Assembly: GCA_038321985.1 (NCBI GenBank)
Contig: JBBQFN010000002.1
Coordinates: 32,001-96,000 of the forward strand
DNA: 64,000 bases
Direction: 5' to 3'
DNA from: Cyanophyceae cyanobacterium
GTDB taxonomy: Bacteria > Cyanobacteriota > Cyanobacteriia > Cyanobacteriales > Laspinemataceae
Below are positions 10,079 to 20,498 of this stretch, one piece after another. The number at the start of each line of letters is the position of its first letter. Position 1 is the stretch's first letter. Under the pieces are notes generated by a model. It made no database searches. It was not told the origin of the DNA and saw only the letters and a list, made by a program, of their open reading frames with translations. The position numbers and the translations under genes were made by a program.

Positions 10079-10161
10079 CCTGGGACGCGCTACACTCAGG
10101 GTTAAAAACCCGGTTTCTAATCCTGGGAGACGCTACAGCCAGGGTTAAAAACCGGGTTTCT
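10079..10161. repeat. Two 43-bp-period direct repeats containing the AAACCCGGTTTC palindrome
   Basis: CCTGGGACGCGCTACACTCAGGGTTAAAAACCCGGTTTCT / CCTGGGAGACGCTACAGCCAGGGTTAAAAACCGGGTTTCT. The same core recurs at about 27569, 51866, 51916, 53188 and 53240. Confidence 0.75.
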
Positions 10162-10200
10162 TGTCCTATTTCTCTGGGTAAATCTCACCCATCTAAGACA

Positions 10201-11271
10201 TTAGGCCACATTCAGACTGAGAACACTTCCATTTTTGGTAAAGCGTTCCGCCATAATTTGCTGATATACGGCTTCGTAGCCTTCCGTCATGCACGCGACG
10301 CTGAAATGGGCCAGAACGCGATCGCGGCACTCGTAACGGTTCAAATTAGCGGCTTTATCAATCGCCGCAATGCATTCATCCAACGTCTGACATAAGAAGC
10401 CGGATTTGCCTTCGGCGATTACTTCCGGCGTCGCCCCCATTTCCATTGCAATGACTGGCGTTCCCGTCGCCATCGATTCGATCATCACCAACCCAAAGGG
10501 TTCGCGCCAGGTAATCGGGAATAAAGTAGCAACCGCGCCCCCCAATAACTCACATTTCTGATTGTGGTCTGCTTCTCCTAAGTATTGGATCTGCTTGCCG
10601 TCAATTTGTGGGGCAATCTCCCGCTCAAAAAACTCGCGATCGACCTGATCCACTTTCCCGGCCATCTTCAACTGCCAACCCGACTGTTTGGCAATCTTGA
10701 TCGCCAAATGAGGGCCTTTTTCGGGGGAGAGCCTGCCTAAAAAGGCTAAGTAGGGGGGAGTCTGCGCTTGCGATCGGAACTCATAAATCGTTGGATCAAT
10801 GCCATTATAAACCGTCTCAACGCAGTTGAGTCCCAATCGAGGCTCTCGTTGTGCGTTAGAAATGCTCACATAATATTGATCACGGGCATAAGTGAATAGC
10901 TTTTCATTATCTGGGGTGAAAATACCGTGCAGAGTGTGAACCGTCGGGGTTTTAACCAAGTTGGCATAGGAGAGCGCACTTGCCCCCATATGTGAGTGAA
11001 TAATATCAAATTCATCCGCTCGTTCGTAAACCTGGCTCAGTTGCAGCATTTCATAAATGCCATACTCTTTCACCGTCGGATCTGTCCGAATCGCTCGGGG
11101 ATGCACAGATTCCAACTTCGCTAATGTTATGGAATCGCCCGAGGCAAATAAGGTAACTTCATGTCCTTGGCGAACCAGTTCATCGGTGAGTAAACCCACG
11201 ACCAGTTCTATACCACCATAAGCGGGAGGGGGGACGCGTTCCCATAATGGTGCGACTTGGGCGATCCGCAT
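10201..11271 (-). CDS. Glycosyltransferase family 4
   Basis: MRIAQVAP...YGGIE N-terminus, GRLSPEKG, EPFGLVMIESMATGTPV. Confidence 0.92.
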   Translation of the reverse strand: MRIAQVAPLWERVPPPAYGGIELVVGLLTDELVRQGHEVTLFASGDSITLAKLESVHPRAIRTDPTVKEYGIYEMLQLSQVYERADEFDIIHSHMGASALSYANLVKTPTVHTLHGIFTPDNEKLFTYARDQYYVSISNAQREPRLGLNCVETVYNGIDPTIYEFRSQAQTPPYLAFLGRLSPEKGPHLAIKIAKQSGWQLKMAGKVDQVDREFFEREIAPQIDGKQIQYLGEADHNQKCELLGGAVATLFPITWREPFGLVMIESMATGTPVIAMEMGATPEVIAEGKSGFLCQTLDECIAAIDKAANLNRYECRDRVLAHFSVACMTEGYEAVYQQIMAERFTKNGSVLSLNVA

Positions 11272-11989
11272 ATAAATCTCTCCTGTTTTAGTGAAAAAAA
11301 ATTAATGTTCAATAAAGCCGGTCAACGCATTAAAAACCGGCGTAACTTATTCTTTAACAGAACTTTAAATAAAGTGCGATGAATTCGTCAATTGCGCTCA
11401 AGTACGGAAAACCGCCCGCTTATAAGTTCGGTAAGTTCGACTTATTCTAAGCATACGGTTTAGCTTATGTATGATATAAATGCCAAAAACTTACGCAACT
11501 TGTTTTAGTTTGTAGTTGCTCGTGCACTTAAATCAATAAAACCCGAAAAATTCAAGGGTGCAGCTCCAGGGGACCAGCTATGCGGGGGCAGTGTCAAGAG
11601 AAAAGAGGTCTTTGACAACCCGATGGGGAATAAGGGAGTGCGAGAGTCTCCCTCGCGATCGAATCTGAGTAAAGACGCCAAGCCTAGGGTTCCTATTCTC
11701 TGATTTAGAGGCGCTATATTAGCGAGTTTAAATATGAAATATTACACTGAGCTAAATGTTTTTTTTAGTAAGAAAATCACTTTCCTAACCCTTGCATTCC
11801 GGCTGTCCAAGCCGTGATGAAAGTGATGGAAATGGGGAGGAATTAGAACAGCACCCGGGGTGATAGCCCGAGTCCCAGTCGCATAATCCGTCAGTGTAGT
11901 TCGGTTTTGCTCACTATAATTCTGAGTTTAACCTTGCTATCGTAGAACTATCGAAACCCTACAGATGAACTAAACCAAAGCAAAAAACC

Positions 11990-12328
11990 ATGAAAAACTT
12001 ATCCAATCGCGAGCATTCTTTCTTTAAAAACGAATCCGAAGGCGAGAATACCTTGTGGGAATATATGCAAGAACTGCATCCGGAGACGATCGCCAAACTG
12101 TCGCAACCCTCCAATCCTGCGGCTGAAATCATGGAACGCAACCTCAGGGGAATGTTAGGAGCTTTGCCTCCGGAACATTTCGGCGTCACGATTACCACCA
12201 GTCGCGAAAATCTCGGTCGGTTGTTAGCCTCTGCCATGATGAGCGGTTACTTTTTACATAATGCTGAACAGCGGCAGGTGTTAGAACAGTCCATGCAAGT
12301 TGGGGCGATCGACTCCCCAGAATCTTAA
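11990..12328 (+). CDS. DUF760-like protein
   Basis: LLGxLP-like segment (MLGALP), F-x-V-x-I-TTSRENLGRLLASAMMSGYFL. Confidence 0.8.
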   Translation: MKNLSNREHSFFKNESEGENTLWEYMQELHPETIAKLSQPSNPAAEIMERNLRGMLGALPPEHFGVTITTSRENLGRLLASAMMSGYFLHNAEQRQVLEQSMQVGAIDSPES

Positions 12329-12364
12329 AGGCGGTAAGGTTAGCGGCGAAGTCCCTGCCTGGAA

Positions 12365-13006
12365 CTATTCCTTTCTTTTTTGCGTTGGATGTTCGCGTCC
12401 CACGATGTTTTCAATGGCCGCTACCGCCGCCGCCGAACCCGCTAAAATATCCCGTTCCTCTCCCCCAAGATAAAGGCGGCCAAAACTGCCGACCGCCTGC
12501 ACTTGTAAAATATTAATCAAGGCGGCTTTTTCTGCCTCATTTGCCGCTAGAGCAGCATAGGCGGCAGGTTCAACTTCTAAAACGTACAAGGTTTGACCGG
12601 CTAGCAGCATTTGGCCGCGTCGGTTACGATTGATCAGTTGAGTTTGATGGGGATCGACATTGCGGATAATTTGACTCGACACAATGCGCGGTTTGAGGCG
12701 ATCGCTCTCCCGCACCCCCAGAGCCTCTAAAATCGCTCTACCTGCCGCTCTCGTTTCCCCCTGACTGCTGGAATGAATTTCTAGTAAACCATACAGTCTT
12801 TCTACAAATTGCACCCCCGGACGAACCGATGTCGATTTCAGCGCGACATCGGTGATTCGGTTGATTTCGATTCCAGGGGAGATTTCAATCCACAGGGACG
12901 CGTCTCCGGGTAGGGGCAAGAACCCCAGGGCCACAGTCCCGATATAGGCGGCGTGTTGGGACTGCAAGTTGTCTAAAAATACATAACTTCGTAGTTCTAT
13001 CCCCAA
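12365..13006 (-). CDS. ccmP: Carboxysome shell protein CcmP (BMC-T)
   Basis: [15 protein letters not shown]...EISPGIEIN...AANEAEKAA...[10 protein letters not shown], closely matching recalled CcmP sequences. Confidence 0.92.
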   Translation of the reverse strand: MGIELRSYVFLDNLQSQHAAYIGTVALGFLPLPGDASLWIEISPGIEINRITDVALKSTSVRPGVQFVERLYGLLEIHSSSQGETRAAGRAILEALGVRESDRLKPRIVSSQIIRNVDPHQTQLINRNRRGQMLLAGQTLYVLEVEPAAYAALAANEAEKAALINILQVQAVGSFGRLYLGGEERDILAGSAAAVAAIENIVGREHPTQKRKE

Positions 13007-13220
13007 GGTTTAATTCTCCTGTGTTTGGGCAAAATGCCCGCTGTGCTGCAACCTTTGAGTGTATCTCATTTTCGGGAACCGTTGGCACAGGTGGGAGTGT
13101 TTTGACCCCAGGGACAAGGAACGGCCTTGTCCGGACCTGGATTGAGGGGGAGATTTTAGGGTGGGGAGTGCCTTGACTGCGAGGCAGTCGTGGATTTTGA
13201 AATCCGGCACCGGCGATCGC

Positions 13221-13496
13221 TCAGGAGGGAAATTCAGGAGAGGTATTGTCCTGGACCACCGATCGCACTTCACTTGGAGAGAGTGCGACGAGCTTTTGTG
13301 TTGCTCGAACTTGGGTCGGTTGATTTTCTAGTTGTTGCCGTTCTAGCAGTTCCCAATCGAGCGCCATCTTCGTATAGCGCCTAGATGCTGCGCGATCGAT
13401 TCCTAAAGACTCTGCCACTTCGTTAAGATTTAACCATTCCGGTTGATTGCGAAGCCGATGTAAATAGCGCGTGAGAATATCCTGATTGACTTTCAT
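13221..13496 (-). CDS. Small winged helix-turn-helix protein
   Basis: LNLNEVAESLGIDRAASRRY HTH-like pattern. Confidence 0.55.
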   Translation of the reverse strand: MKVNQDILTRYLHRLRNQPEWLNLNEVAESLGIDRAASRRYTKMALDWELLERQQLENQPTQVRATQKLVALSPSEVRSVVQDNTSPEFPS

Positions 13497-13639
13497 GTTG
13501 GGGTCACGGTGAAAACTGCCTCGGGGATCTTTTTATGAATGATAAAACACCCGCGACATTCAACTCAACCGGATCCAGGGAAAGGCCGACTGCCCTCGCG
13601 CCAAAAGTCCCTACCCCAGTAACAGGGGAGGGAATCCAT

Positions 13640-13837
13640 TTAATCAATATTGGCGATTGTGAATCCCATCTGGCACTGATAGCGTTCCGGTTGAGCGTCC
13701 GAGCATTTTGCCATGACATAACCGCAACTCAGTTGTCCGCGACGCCACCGGGGTTGCCCGCTAGCATCCGCAAGTAAACAGCTTTGACAAACTTGCCGGG
13801 GAGCAAGAACTTGATTTTCCATTACAATAACCAGCAT
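13640..13837 (-). CDS. Small Cys-rich conserved cyanobacterial protein (65 aa)
   Basis: MLVIVMENQ...VCQSCLLAD...PRW...C...YQCQMGF; start taken at ATG 13837. Confidence 0.7.
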   Translation of the reverse strand: MLVIVMENQVLAPRQVCQSCLLADASGQPRWRRGQLSCGYVMAKCSDAQPERYQCQMGFTIANID

Positions 13838-14310
13838 TCGACACCTCCATTGCGATCGCCGATGCCACTGCATCTATCTTAAGTCAACAGTTATGAAATC
13901 CTGGGAAATTTGGGCTAAAGCTTAACGTTTCGTGATATTGGAAACCGTATCTTGGGTTGCATTTTTCCCGATTTTTTGCCCGGTAACAAGTTCTAGCCAC
14001 CTTTGGTCCCCTCCCTTGTATCTTCCGGCGGGTTAGGGTGCGGTTTCCGATATCGTGCGGTGTGGGTTTAATTTAGGGCAACCTGTAGTCGCCTGCCTTT
14101 GCCAAAGGAACGGCTTTTGGAAAAACGGGCTTCCAGACCGGGTAAAATTTGTACTATAATCAATAGTCTCAAATCCTGGAATTTTCCCGATCGCCCCCTG
14201 GTGGCCCCTGTGATTCTGGCTTCTGGACTCGCGCATCAAACAGCCCAGTTGATCTAGCCAGTTCCCCAAGATTTGTGATAGTTTTGTTTTCTTCTGATAG
14301 AGGTTCAGCC

Positions 14311-15594
14311 GTGACTCAGACTAACTTAGACTTCCTAGCGACCACCGATCCAGAGCTTACAGGTTACATCCAGCAGGAGTTGCAGCGCCAACGGGATGGC
14401 ATCGAACTGATTGCCAGCGAAAACTTTACCTCGGCAGCGGTTTTAGCCGCCCAAGGTTCCGTCCTCACCAACAAATACGCTGAAGGATTGCCCGGTAAAC
14501 GGTATTATGGCGGGTGCGAATTTGTTGATAAAATCGAACAACTGGCCATCGATCGCGCCAAACAGTTATTCGGTGCCGCTCATGCCAACGTGCAACCCCA
14601 TTCCGGCGCTCAGGCCAATTTTGCTGTATTCCTGGCCTTGTTGCAACCGGGCGATACCATTATGGGTATGGACCTTTCTCATGGGGGTCATTTAACCCAC
14701 GGGTCCCCGGTGAACGTCTCCGGTAAATGGTTTAAAGTCGAACATTACGGCGTCAGTCGCGAAACCGAACGCCTCGATTATGACCAAATTCGGGACTTGG
14801 CAAAGCAACATCAGCCGAAAATGATTATTTGCGGCTATTCTGCCTATCCGAGAATCATTGATTTTGAGAAATTCCGAGCGATCGCCGATGAAGTTGGGGC
14901 CTATCTCATGGCGGATATAGCCCACATTGCCGGGTTAGTCGCCACGGGACATCACCCCAGCCCCCTCTCTCACTGCCACGTTGTCACCACCACCACCCAC
15001 AAAACCCTACGCGGTCCTCGTGGCGGTTTAATCCTCACTAACGATGAGGAATTAGGCAAAAAATTCGATAAAGCTGTTTTTCCTGGCAGCCAAGGCGGAC
15101 CCTTGGAGCACGTGATTGCCGGAAAAGCCGTCGCGTTTGGGGAAGCACTCAAACCTGAGTTTAAAGCCTATTCGGGTCAAGTGATCGCTAATGCTCAGGC
15201 AATGGCTGGACAATTGCAAAAACGAGGACTAAAACTGGTTTCCGATGGCACCGATAATCATTTGATGCTGGTGGACTTGCGATCGGTGGATATGACCGGG
15301 AAACAAGCGGATAAACTGGTGAGCGAAGTGCATATCACCGCGAATAAAAACACAGTCCCCTTTGATCCGCAATCACCTTTCGTCACCAGTGGATTGCGCT
15401 TAGGGTCTCCGGCAATGACAACGCGCGGCATGGGAACGGCAGAATTTACGGAAATTGCCAATATCATCGCCGATCGCCTGTTAAACCCCGAGGATGAGTC
15501 AGTGGCAGCAGACTGTCGCCAACGGGTCGCCACTCTATGCGATCGCTTTCCACTCTATCCACATTTGACCATTCCCGTTCCTGCCTTAGCCTAA
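14311..15594 (+). CDS. glyA: Serine hydroxymethyltransferase
   Basis: [36 protein letters not shown]-lysine motif. GTG start at 14311 after GAGG. Confidence 0.97.
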   Translation: MTQTNLDFLATTDPELTGYIQQELQRQRDGIELIASENFTSAAVLAAQGSVLTNKYAEGLPGKRYYGGCEFVDKIEQLAIDRAKQLFGAAHANVQPHSGAQANFAVFLALLQPGDTIMGMDLSHGGHLTHGSPVNVSGKWFKVEHYGVSRETERLDYDQIRDLAKQHQPKMIICGYSAYPRIIDFEKFRAIADEVGAYLMADIAHIAGLVATGHHPSPLSHCHVVTTTTHKTLRGPRGGLILTNDEELGKKFDKAVFPGSQGGPLEHVIAGKAVAFGEALKPEFKAYSGQVIANAQAMAGQLQKRGLKLVSDGTDNHLMLVDLRSVDMTGKQADKLVSEVHITANKNTVPFDPQSPFVTSGLRLGSPAMTTRGMGTAEFTEIANIIADRLLNPEDESVAADCRQRVATLCDRFPLYPHLTIPVPALA

Positions 15595-15665
15595 AGGGTG
15601 AGGATAGGCCAGTTTGTAGTAACGGCTTCAGTTCTCGTGACTTGGCTCAAGCCAAGTCACGATGA

Positions 15666-15702
15666 CCCCACCCTAACCCTCCCCGATGCCTTGGGGAGGG
15701 GA
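15666..15702. repeat. REP-like hairpin (CCCCACCCTAACCCTCCCC...GGGGAGGG type)
   Basis: CCCTCCCC/GGGGAGGG stem downstream of glyA. Confidence 0.55.
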
Positions 15703-15849
15703 CTGGAGGTGCAGTTAATCGTAAAAAAACTACTCTTGTCCGCACCTCCCTATTCCGCAATCCTTAATAAAACCTGGCTTTTTCAACGCCCGGGCAACGA
15801 TTCAAGCTAATATAAAAGATTGCACCCATCAACGAAGACCGCTGAAGTT

Positions 15850-17253
15850 ATGAGTAAGGGGACACTTTTCGATAAAGTTTGGAAGCTACATACCGTCGGT
15901 ACTCTCACCTCGGGACAAACCCAGTTGTTTATTGGACTGCACCTCATCCACGAAGTCACCAGCCCCCAAGCATTCGCCATGTTGCGCGAACGGGAACTGA
16001 AGGTGTTGTTTCCAGAACGGACTGTGGCAACCGTGGACCACATTGTGCCGACCGAAAATCAAGCGCGTCCCTTTGCCGATGTACTGGCAGAAGAGATGAT
16101 CGTAGCTTTAGAGGATAACTGTAAAGAGCATAACATTCGGTTTTATAATGTCGGGTCGGGACGGCAGGGAATCGTCCATGTGATCGCACCGGAACAAGGA
16201 CTCACTCAACCGGGAATGACGATCGCCTGTGGAGATTCGCACACCTCAACTCATGGTGCATTTGGGGCGATCGCCTTTGGGATTGGGACCAGCCAAGTGC
16301 GGGATGTACTCGCTTCCCAAACATTGGCCCTCGATAAGCTGAAAGTCCGCAAAATTGAAGTTAATGGTACTCTTAATCCGGGCGTCTATGCAAAAGATGT
16401 AGTGCTTCACATCATCCGTAAATTAGGCGTAAATGGTGGAGTCGGATATGCTTATGAATTTGCAGGAACCACCTTTGAGCAAATGTCAATGGAAGAACGG
16501 ATGACCGTTTGTAATATGTCCATTGAAGGCGGTGCAAGATGTGGATATGTCAACCCGGATCAAGTCACATTCGACTATCTCCAAGGTAGAGAATTCGCAC
16601 CGAAAGCGGAAGAGTGGGATAAGGCGGTGGAGTGGTGGAATAGTATCCGCAGTGATGCGGATGCGGAATACGATAATGTGGCAGTTTTTGATGCTGCTGA
16701 TATTTCCCCTACGGTAACTTGGGGAATTACACCGGGACAAGGAATTGGGATTAATGAAACTATTCCTACCCCGGAGGAATTATCAGATAGCGATCGGGCG
16801 ATCGCGCAAGAAGCCTATCGTTACATGAAGCTCAATCCTGGCGATCGGATTGCGGGTACTAAAGTAGATGTTTGCTTTGTCGGAAGCTGCACTAACGGAC
16901 GAATTAGTGATTTACGAGAAGCGGCAAAATTTGCTAAGGGTCGTCAAGTTGCTTCAGGGATTAAAGCCTTTATCGTTCCGGGTTCTGAGGATGTAAAAAA
17001 GCAAGCGGAAGCAGAAGGATTGGATAAAGTTTTTCTAGAAGCGGGCTTTGAATGGCGGGAATCAGGATGTTCGATGTGCTTGGCAATGAATCCTGATAAG
17101 TTGCAAGGGAGTCAAATTAGCGCATCTTCTTCTAATCGGAATTTCAAAGGTCGCCAAGGGTCATCGGAAGGTCGTACTTTATTAATGAGTCCGGCAATGG
17201 TGGTGGCTGCTGCTATTAATGGCGCTGTCTCTGATGTGCGGGATTTATTGTAG
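15850..17253 (+). CDS. leuC: 3-isopropylmalate dehydratase large subunit
   Basis: [47 protein letters not shown]. Confidence 0.97.
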   Translation: MSKGTLFDKVWKLHTVGTLTSGQTQLFIGLHLIHEVTSPQAFAMLRERELKVLFPERTVATVDHIVPTENQARPFADVLAEEMIVALEDNCKEHNIRFYNVGSGRQGIVHVIAPEQGLTQPGMTIACGDSHTSTHGAFGAIAFGIGTSQVRDVLASQTLALDKLKVRKIEVNGTLNPGVYAKDVVLHIIRKLGVNGGVGYAYEFAGTTFEQMSMEERMTVCNMSIEGGARCGYVNPDQVTFDYLQGREFAPKAEEWDKAVEWWNSIRSDADAEYDNVAVFDAADISPTVTWGITPGQGIGINETIPTPEELSDSDRAIAQEAYRYMKLNPGDRIAGTKVDVCFVGSCTNGRISDLREAAKFAKGRQVASGIKAFIVPGSEDVKKQAEAEGLDKVFLEAGFEWRESGCSMCLAMNPDKLQGSQISASSSNRNFKGRQGSSEGRTLLMSPAMVVAAAINGAVSDVRDLL

Positions 17254-17402
17254 GAAATAACGACAGCAATTCGTTACGACGAACGGGGGAGAAATCGCAA
17301 AATTATGGTAGTCGGTTTTAACCGAATTTAGCTATTAGCCCGCCAACGTTAAAAACCCCAGGGGATGTTGCGATCCACAGCAAATCAAGGAGAAAAATAT
17401 AG

Positions 17403-17996
17403 ATGAGTAGTGAAGTAAAAATCATTCAGGGCAGGGGAATTCCGGTTATTGGGAATGATATTGATACCGATCGCATTATTCCGGCACGGTTTTTACGCTG
17501 TGTGACTTTTGATGGATTGGGTGAACAAGTGTTTAAGGACGATCGCGCCCAATCGAATGGCACCCATCCCTTTGATCAACCCCAATATCAAGGGGCGAAA
17601 CTGTTAGTGGTGAATGCCAATTTTGGTTGTGGTTCCAGTCGTGAACACGCACCCCAGGCGATCGCCCGGTGGGGAATTGACGGGATTATTGGAGAAAGTT
17701 TTGCGGAAATTTTCTTTGGAAATTGTGTAGCGATGGGAGTTGCCTGTGTAACGGCTGAACCGGCGACTGTGAGAACATTGCAAGAGGCGATCGCAGCTCA
17801 TCCCACCCTAGAAATGACCTTAGATTTAGAGGCGAGACAGGTGCAGTTTCAGGGATTTAGTGCAGCGGTGAAAATGGCAGCAGGCCCTCACCAAATGCTC
17901 ACCAGTGGTACCTGGGATACCTGCGGACAACTGGTGGGTAATACCGATTCTGTCCGCGCCACAGCCTCTTTACTGCCCTATCTCGCCTGGAAATAG
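17403..17996 (+). CDS. leuD: 3-isopropylmalate dehydratase small subunit
   Basis: [37 protein letters not shown] Shine-Dalgarno. Confidence 0.97.
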   Translation: MSSEVKIIQGRGIPVIGNDIDTDRIIPARFLRCVTFDGLGEQVFKDDRAQSNGTHPFDQPQYQGAKLLVVNANFGCGSSREHAPQAIARWGIDGIIGESFAEIFFGNCVAMGVACVTAEPATVRTLQEAIAAHPTLEMTLDLEARQVQFQGFSAAVKMAAGPHQMLTSGTWDTCGQLVGNTDSVRATASLLPYLAWK

Positions 17997-18118
17997 CATC
18001 CGAATTGGAGGGGGGTATCTTGCCCCCTAAATGCCTTAACTTTTCGATTGTTTCTCTCAATTTTTAGCGAGTTTAGCGATTAGGTAGAAATTGAAAACCT
18101 TATTCGATAAAACAAGCC

Positions 18119-20314
18119 ATGCTCAACATTCCCAATCTGATCAGTCAAGAACTCTCGGTTAACCTGTGGCAAGTTGAAAATGCCCTCGAATTGTTCCAAG
18201 AAGGAGCAACGGTTCCCTTTATTGCCCGGTATCGTAAAGAACGCACCGGGTCTTTAGACGAAGTTCAGTTACGCGATATTGCCGAACGGTTTGCTTATAT
18301 TACGGAAATTGAAGACCGTAAAAAGGTGATTTTAGAGGCGATCGCTCAAGGTGGAAAACTCACCGACGAACTCAAACGTAAAATTGAATCCTGTCAACAA
18401 AAAACTGAACTAGAGGACCTCTATCTCCCCTATCGTGCCAAGCGGCGGACCCGCGCCACCGTTGCCCGAGAAAAGGGCTTAGAACCGTTAGCGGAGTGGA
18501 TTGCTCTCCTGAATTTCAGTAAAGCAAGTGCCGATTTAGAGGCAGAAGCGACGAAATATCTCTCCCCAGAAAATGGCATTGTGACGGTCGATGAGGCACT
18601 ACAAGGGGCTGCGGATATATTAGCGGAATCTGTATCCGAACGGGCAGAATCTCGGGCTTATTTGCGGGATTATTTGCTACAGGAAGGGAGATTTTCTTCT
18701 CAGATTAAGGATAATCATCCGGAAGGCAGCACTAAATATGAAATGTATCGGGACTATCAGGTGAAAGTTAACGATATTGCGTCTCATAATCTCCTGGCAT
18801 TGTTCCGGGGAGAAAAGGAGGAAGTGCTGACCCTAGACTTAGATTTTGATGAATCTCAGATTTTAGGATATTTGGAGTCCAAGGAGATTAAAACGAAGGT
18901 CCCGCCGATTAAAGCCTTTTATCGGGAGATGATAAAAGATGCGTTTAATCGATTGATGAAAAATTCCCTCACGACTGAGGTGCGATCGCTCAAAAAACAA
19001 GATGCCGATCTCGCTTCAATTAGCACCTTTGAATCGAATTTACGGGAGTTATTGCTGTCGGCACCCGCAGGAATGAAACCGACGATCGCCGTTGACCCTG
19101 GCTTTAGAACCGGATGTAAAGTAACGGTTCTGGATGGCACCGGGCAGTTTTTAGAATATCATACCATTTTTCCCCACACGGGCGACAGACAGCGCCCAGA
19201 AGCGGCTAAAACAATTAAAACTCTGATTGCTAAATATCAAATTGAATTGATTGCAATTGGAAATGGTACCGCAGGACGAGAAACGGATGCGTTTATTGGG
19301 GAGGTGATTAAAACTTGTACTCCCCAACCGATTAAAGTGATGGTGAATGAATCCGGTGCTTCTATCTATTCCGCAAGTGATGTGGCGCGGGAGGAGTTTC
19401 CGGAGTTAGATTTAACGGTTCGGGGTGCGATTAGTATTGGACGCCGCCTGCAAGATCCATTAGCTGAATTGGTCAAAATTGACCCTAAATCGATTGGAGT
19501 GGGTCAATATCAGCATGATGTGGACCAAAAATTACTCCGTAAAAAATTAGAAGAAACTGTAGAAAGTTGCGTCAACTATGTTGGGGTAGACTTAAATACG
19601 GCTTCTAAAGAACTGCTGACCTTTGTTTCAGGACTGACCCCGACTATTGCGAAAAATATTATCACTTATCGCAATGAAAATGGCGCATTTAAAAATCGCC
19701 GTCAACTCTTGAAAGTAGCAAAATTAGGCCCAAAAACCTATGAACAGGCGGCGGGATTTTTGAGAATTCGCGGCGGAGAGAATCCGTTAGATAATACGGC
19801 AGTGCATCCGGAGAGTTATCCGGTGGTGAAGGCGATCGCTGCCGATTTAAACGTTCCTTTAGGGCAAATTGCTAAAGCATCGGAACAACTAAAATCGGTA
19901 AAGTTGGATAAATATGTCACCGAACTGGTGGGAATTCCTACCTTGCGGGATATTATATCTGAATTAGAAAAACCGGGACGCGACCCCCGTGCTCAGTTTA
20001 AATCTGCCACCTTTAAAGAAGGGGTGAATGAGATTTCTGACTTGCAACCGGGAATGGAATTAGAGGGAGTTGTCACCAATGTAGCCAACTTTGGCGCGTT
20101 TGTAGATATCGGCGTCCATCAGGATGGATTGGTGCATATTTCTCAACTTGCCGATCGCTTTGTGGATGATCCCAAACAAGTAGTGAAGGTGGGACAGGTG
20201 GTGAAAGTGCGTGTTCTCTCCGTGGATGAAAAGTTAAAGCGGATTAGTCTAACTATGCGATCGACGCAGGAAGCACCCAATCCTAGCCGGGGAGTCAATC
20301 CCAGAACTCGTTAA
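18119..20314 (+). CDS. tex: Tex family RNA-binding transcriptional accessory protein
   Basis: TVPFIARYRKE, DPGFRTGCK, RRLQDPLAELVKI, C-terminal S1 domain FGAFVDIGVHQDGLVHIS. Confidence 0.95.
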   Translation: MLNIPNLISQELSVNLWQVENALELFQEGATVPFIARYRKERTGSLDEVQLRDIAERFAYITEIEDRKKVILEAIAQGGKLTDELKRKIESCQQKTELEDLYLPYRAKRRTRATVAREKGLEPLAEWIALLNFSKASADLEAEATKYLSPENGIVTVDEALQGAADILAESVSERAESRAYLRDYLLQEGRFSSQIKDNHPEGSTKYEMYRDYQVKVNDIASHNLLALFRGEKEEVLTLDLDFDESQILGYLESKEIKTKVPPIKAFYREMIKDAFNRLMKNSLTTEVRSLKKQDADLASISTFESNLRELLLSAPAGMKPTIAVDPGFRTGCKVTVLDGTGQFLEYHTIFPHTGDRQRPEAAKTIKTLIAKYQIELIAIGNGTAGRETDAFIGEVIKTCTPQPIKVMVNESGASIYSASDVAREEFPELDLTVRGAISIGRRLQDPLAELVKIDPKSIGVGQYQHDVDQKLLRKKLEETVESCVNYVGVDLNTASKELLTFVSGLTPTIAKNIITYRNENGAFKNRRQLLKVAKLGPKTYEQAAGFLRIRGGENPLDNTAVHPESYPVVKAIAADLNVPLGQIAKASEQLKSVKLDKYVTELVGIPTLRDIISELEKPGRDPRAQFKSATFKEGVNEISDLQPGMELEGVVTNVANFGAFVDIGVHQDGLVHISQLADRFVDDPKQVVKVGQVVKVRVLSVDEKLKRISLTMRSTQEAPNPSRGVNPRTR

Positions 20315-20328
20315 ACACCGGGGAAAGA

Positions 20329-20402
20329 AACGACAGCAAGTCGTTACTACGAACTGGGGAAATGACTAAATTATCCCGTTTTTAGTGACGACTTCAGTCG
20401 TT
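20329..20402. repeat. Pair of REP-like GTAG-hairpin repeats (AACGAC...GTCGTT)
   Basis: AACGACAGCAAGTCGTTACTACGAAC and TAGTGACGACTTCAGTCGTT in inverted orientation. Relatives lie at about 15611, 17259, 47383-47503 and 53287. Confidence 0.7.
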
Positions 20403-20445
20403 ATCCGGGTTGATGCAGACCGAGATAGAACCGAGGGCGCGATAT

Positions 20446-20466
20446 AATAATTACAGTGTAATTGTT
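20446..20466. promoter_or_regulatory. Palindrome overlapping the putative kaiC -10 box
   Basis: AATAATTACA-G-TGTAATTGTT (9/10 symmetric), overlapping TATAAT at 20443-20448. Confidence 0.4.
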
Positions 20467-20498
20467 AGCTAATTTTTCAAAAATACGTTCATTAAATC

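Noticed and set aside
14033..14310. ZTP, THF or glycine riboswitch upstream of glyA
   Set aside because: No recognisable consensus elements of those aptamers.
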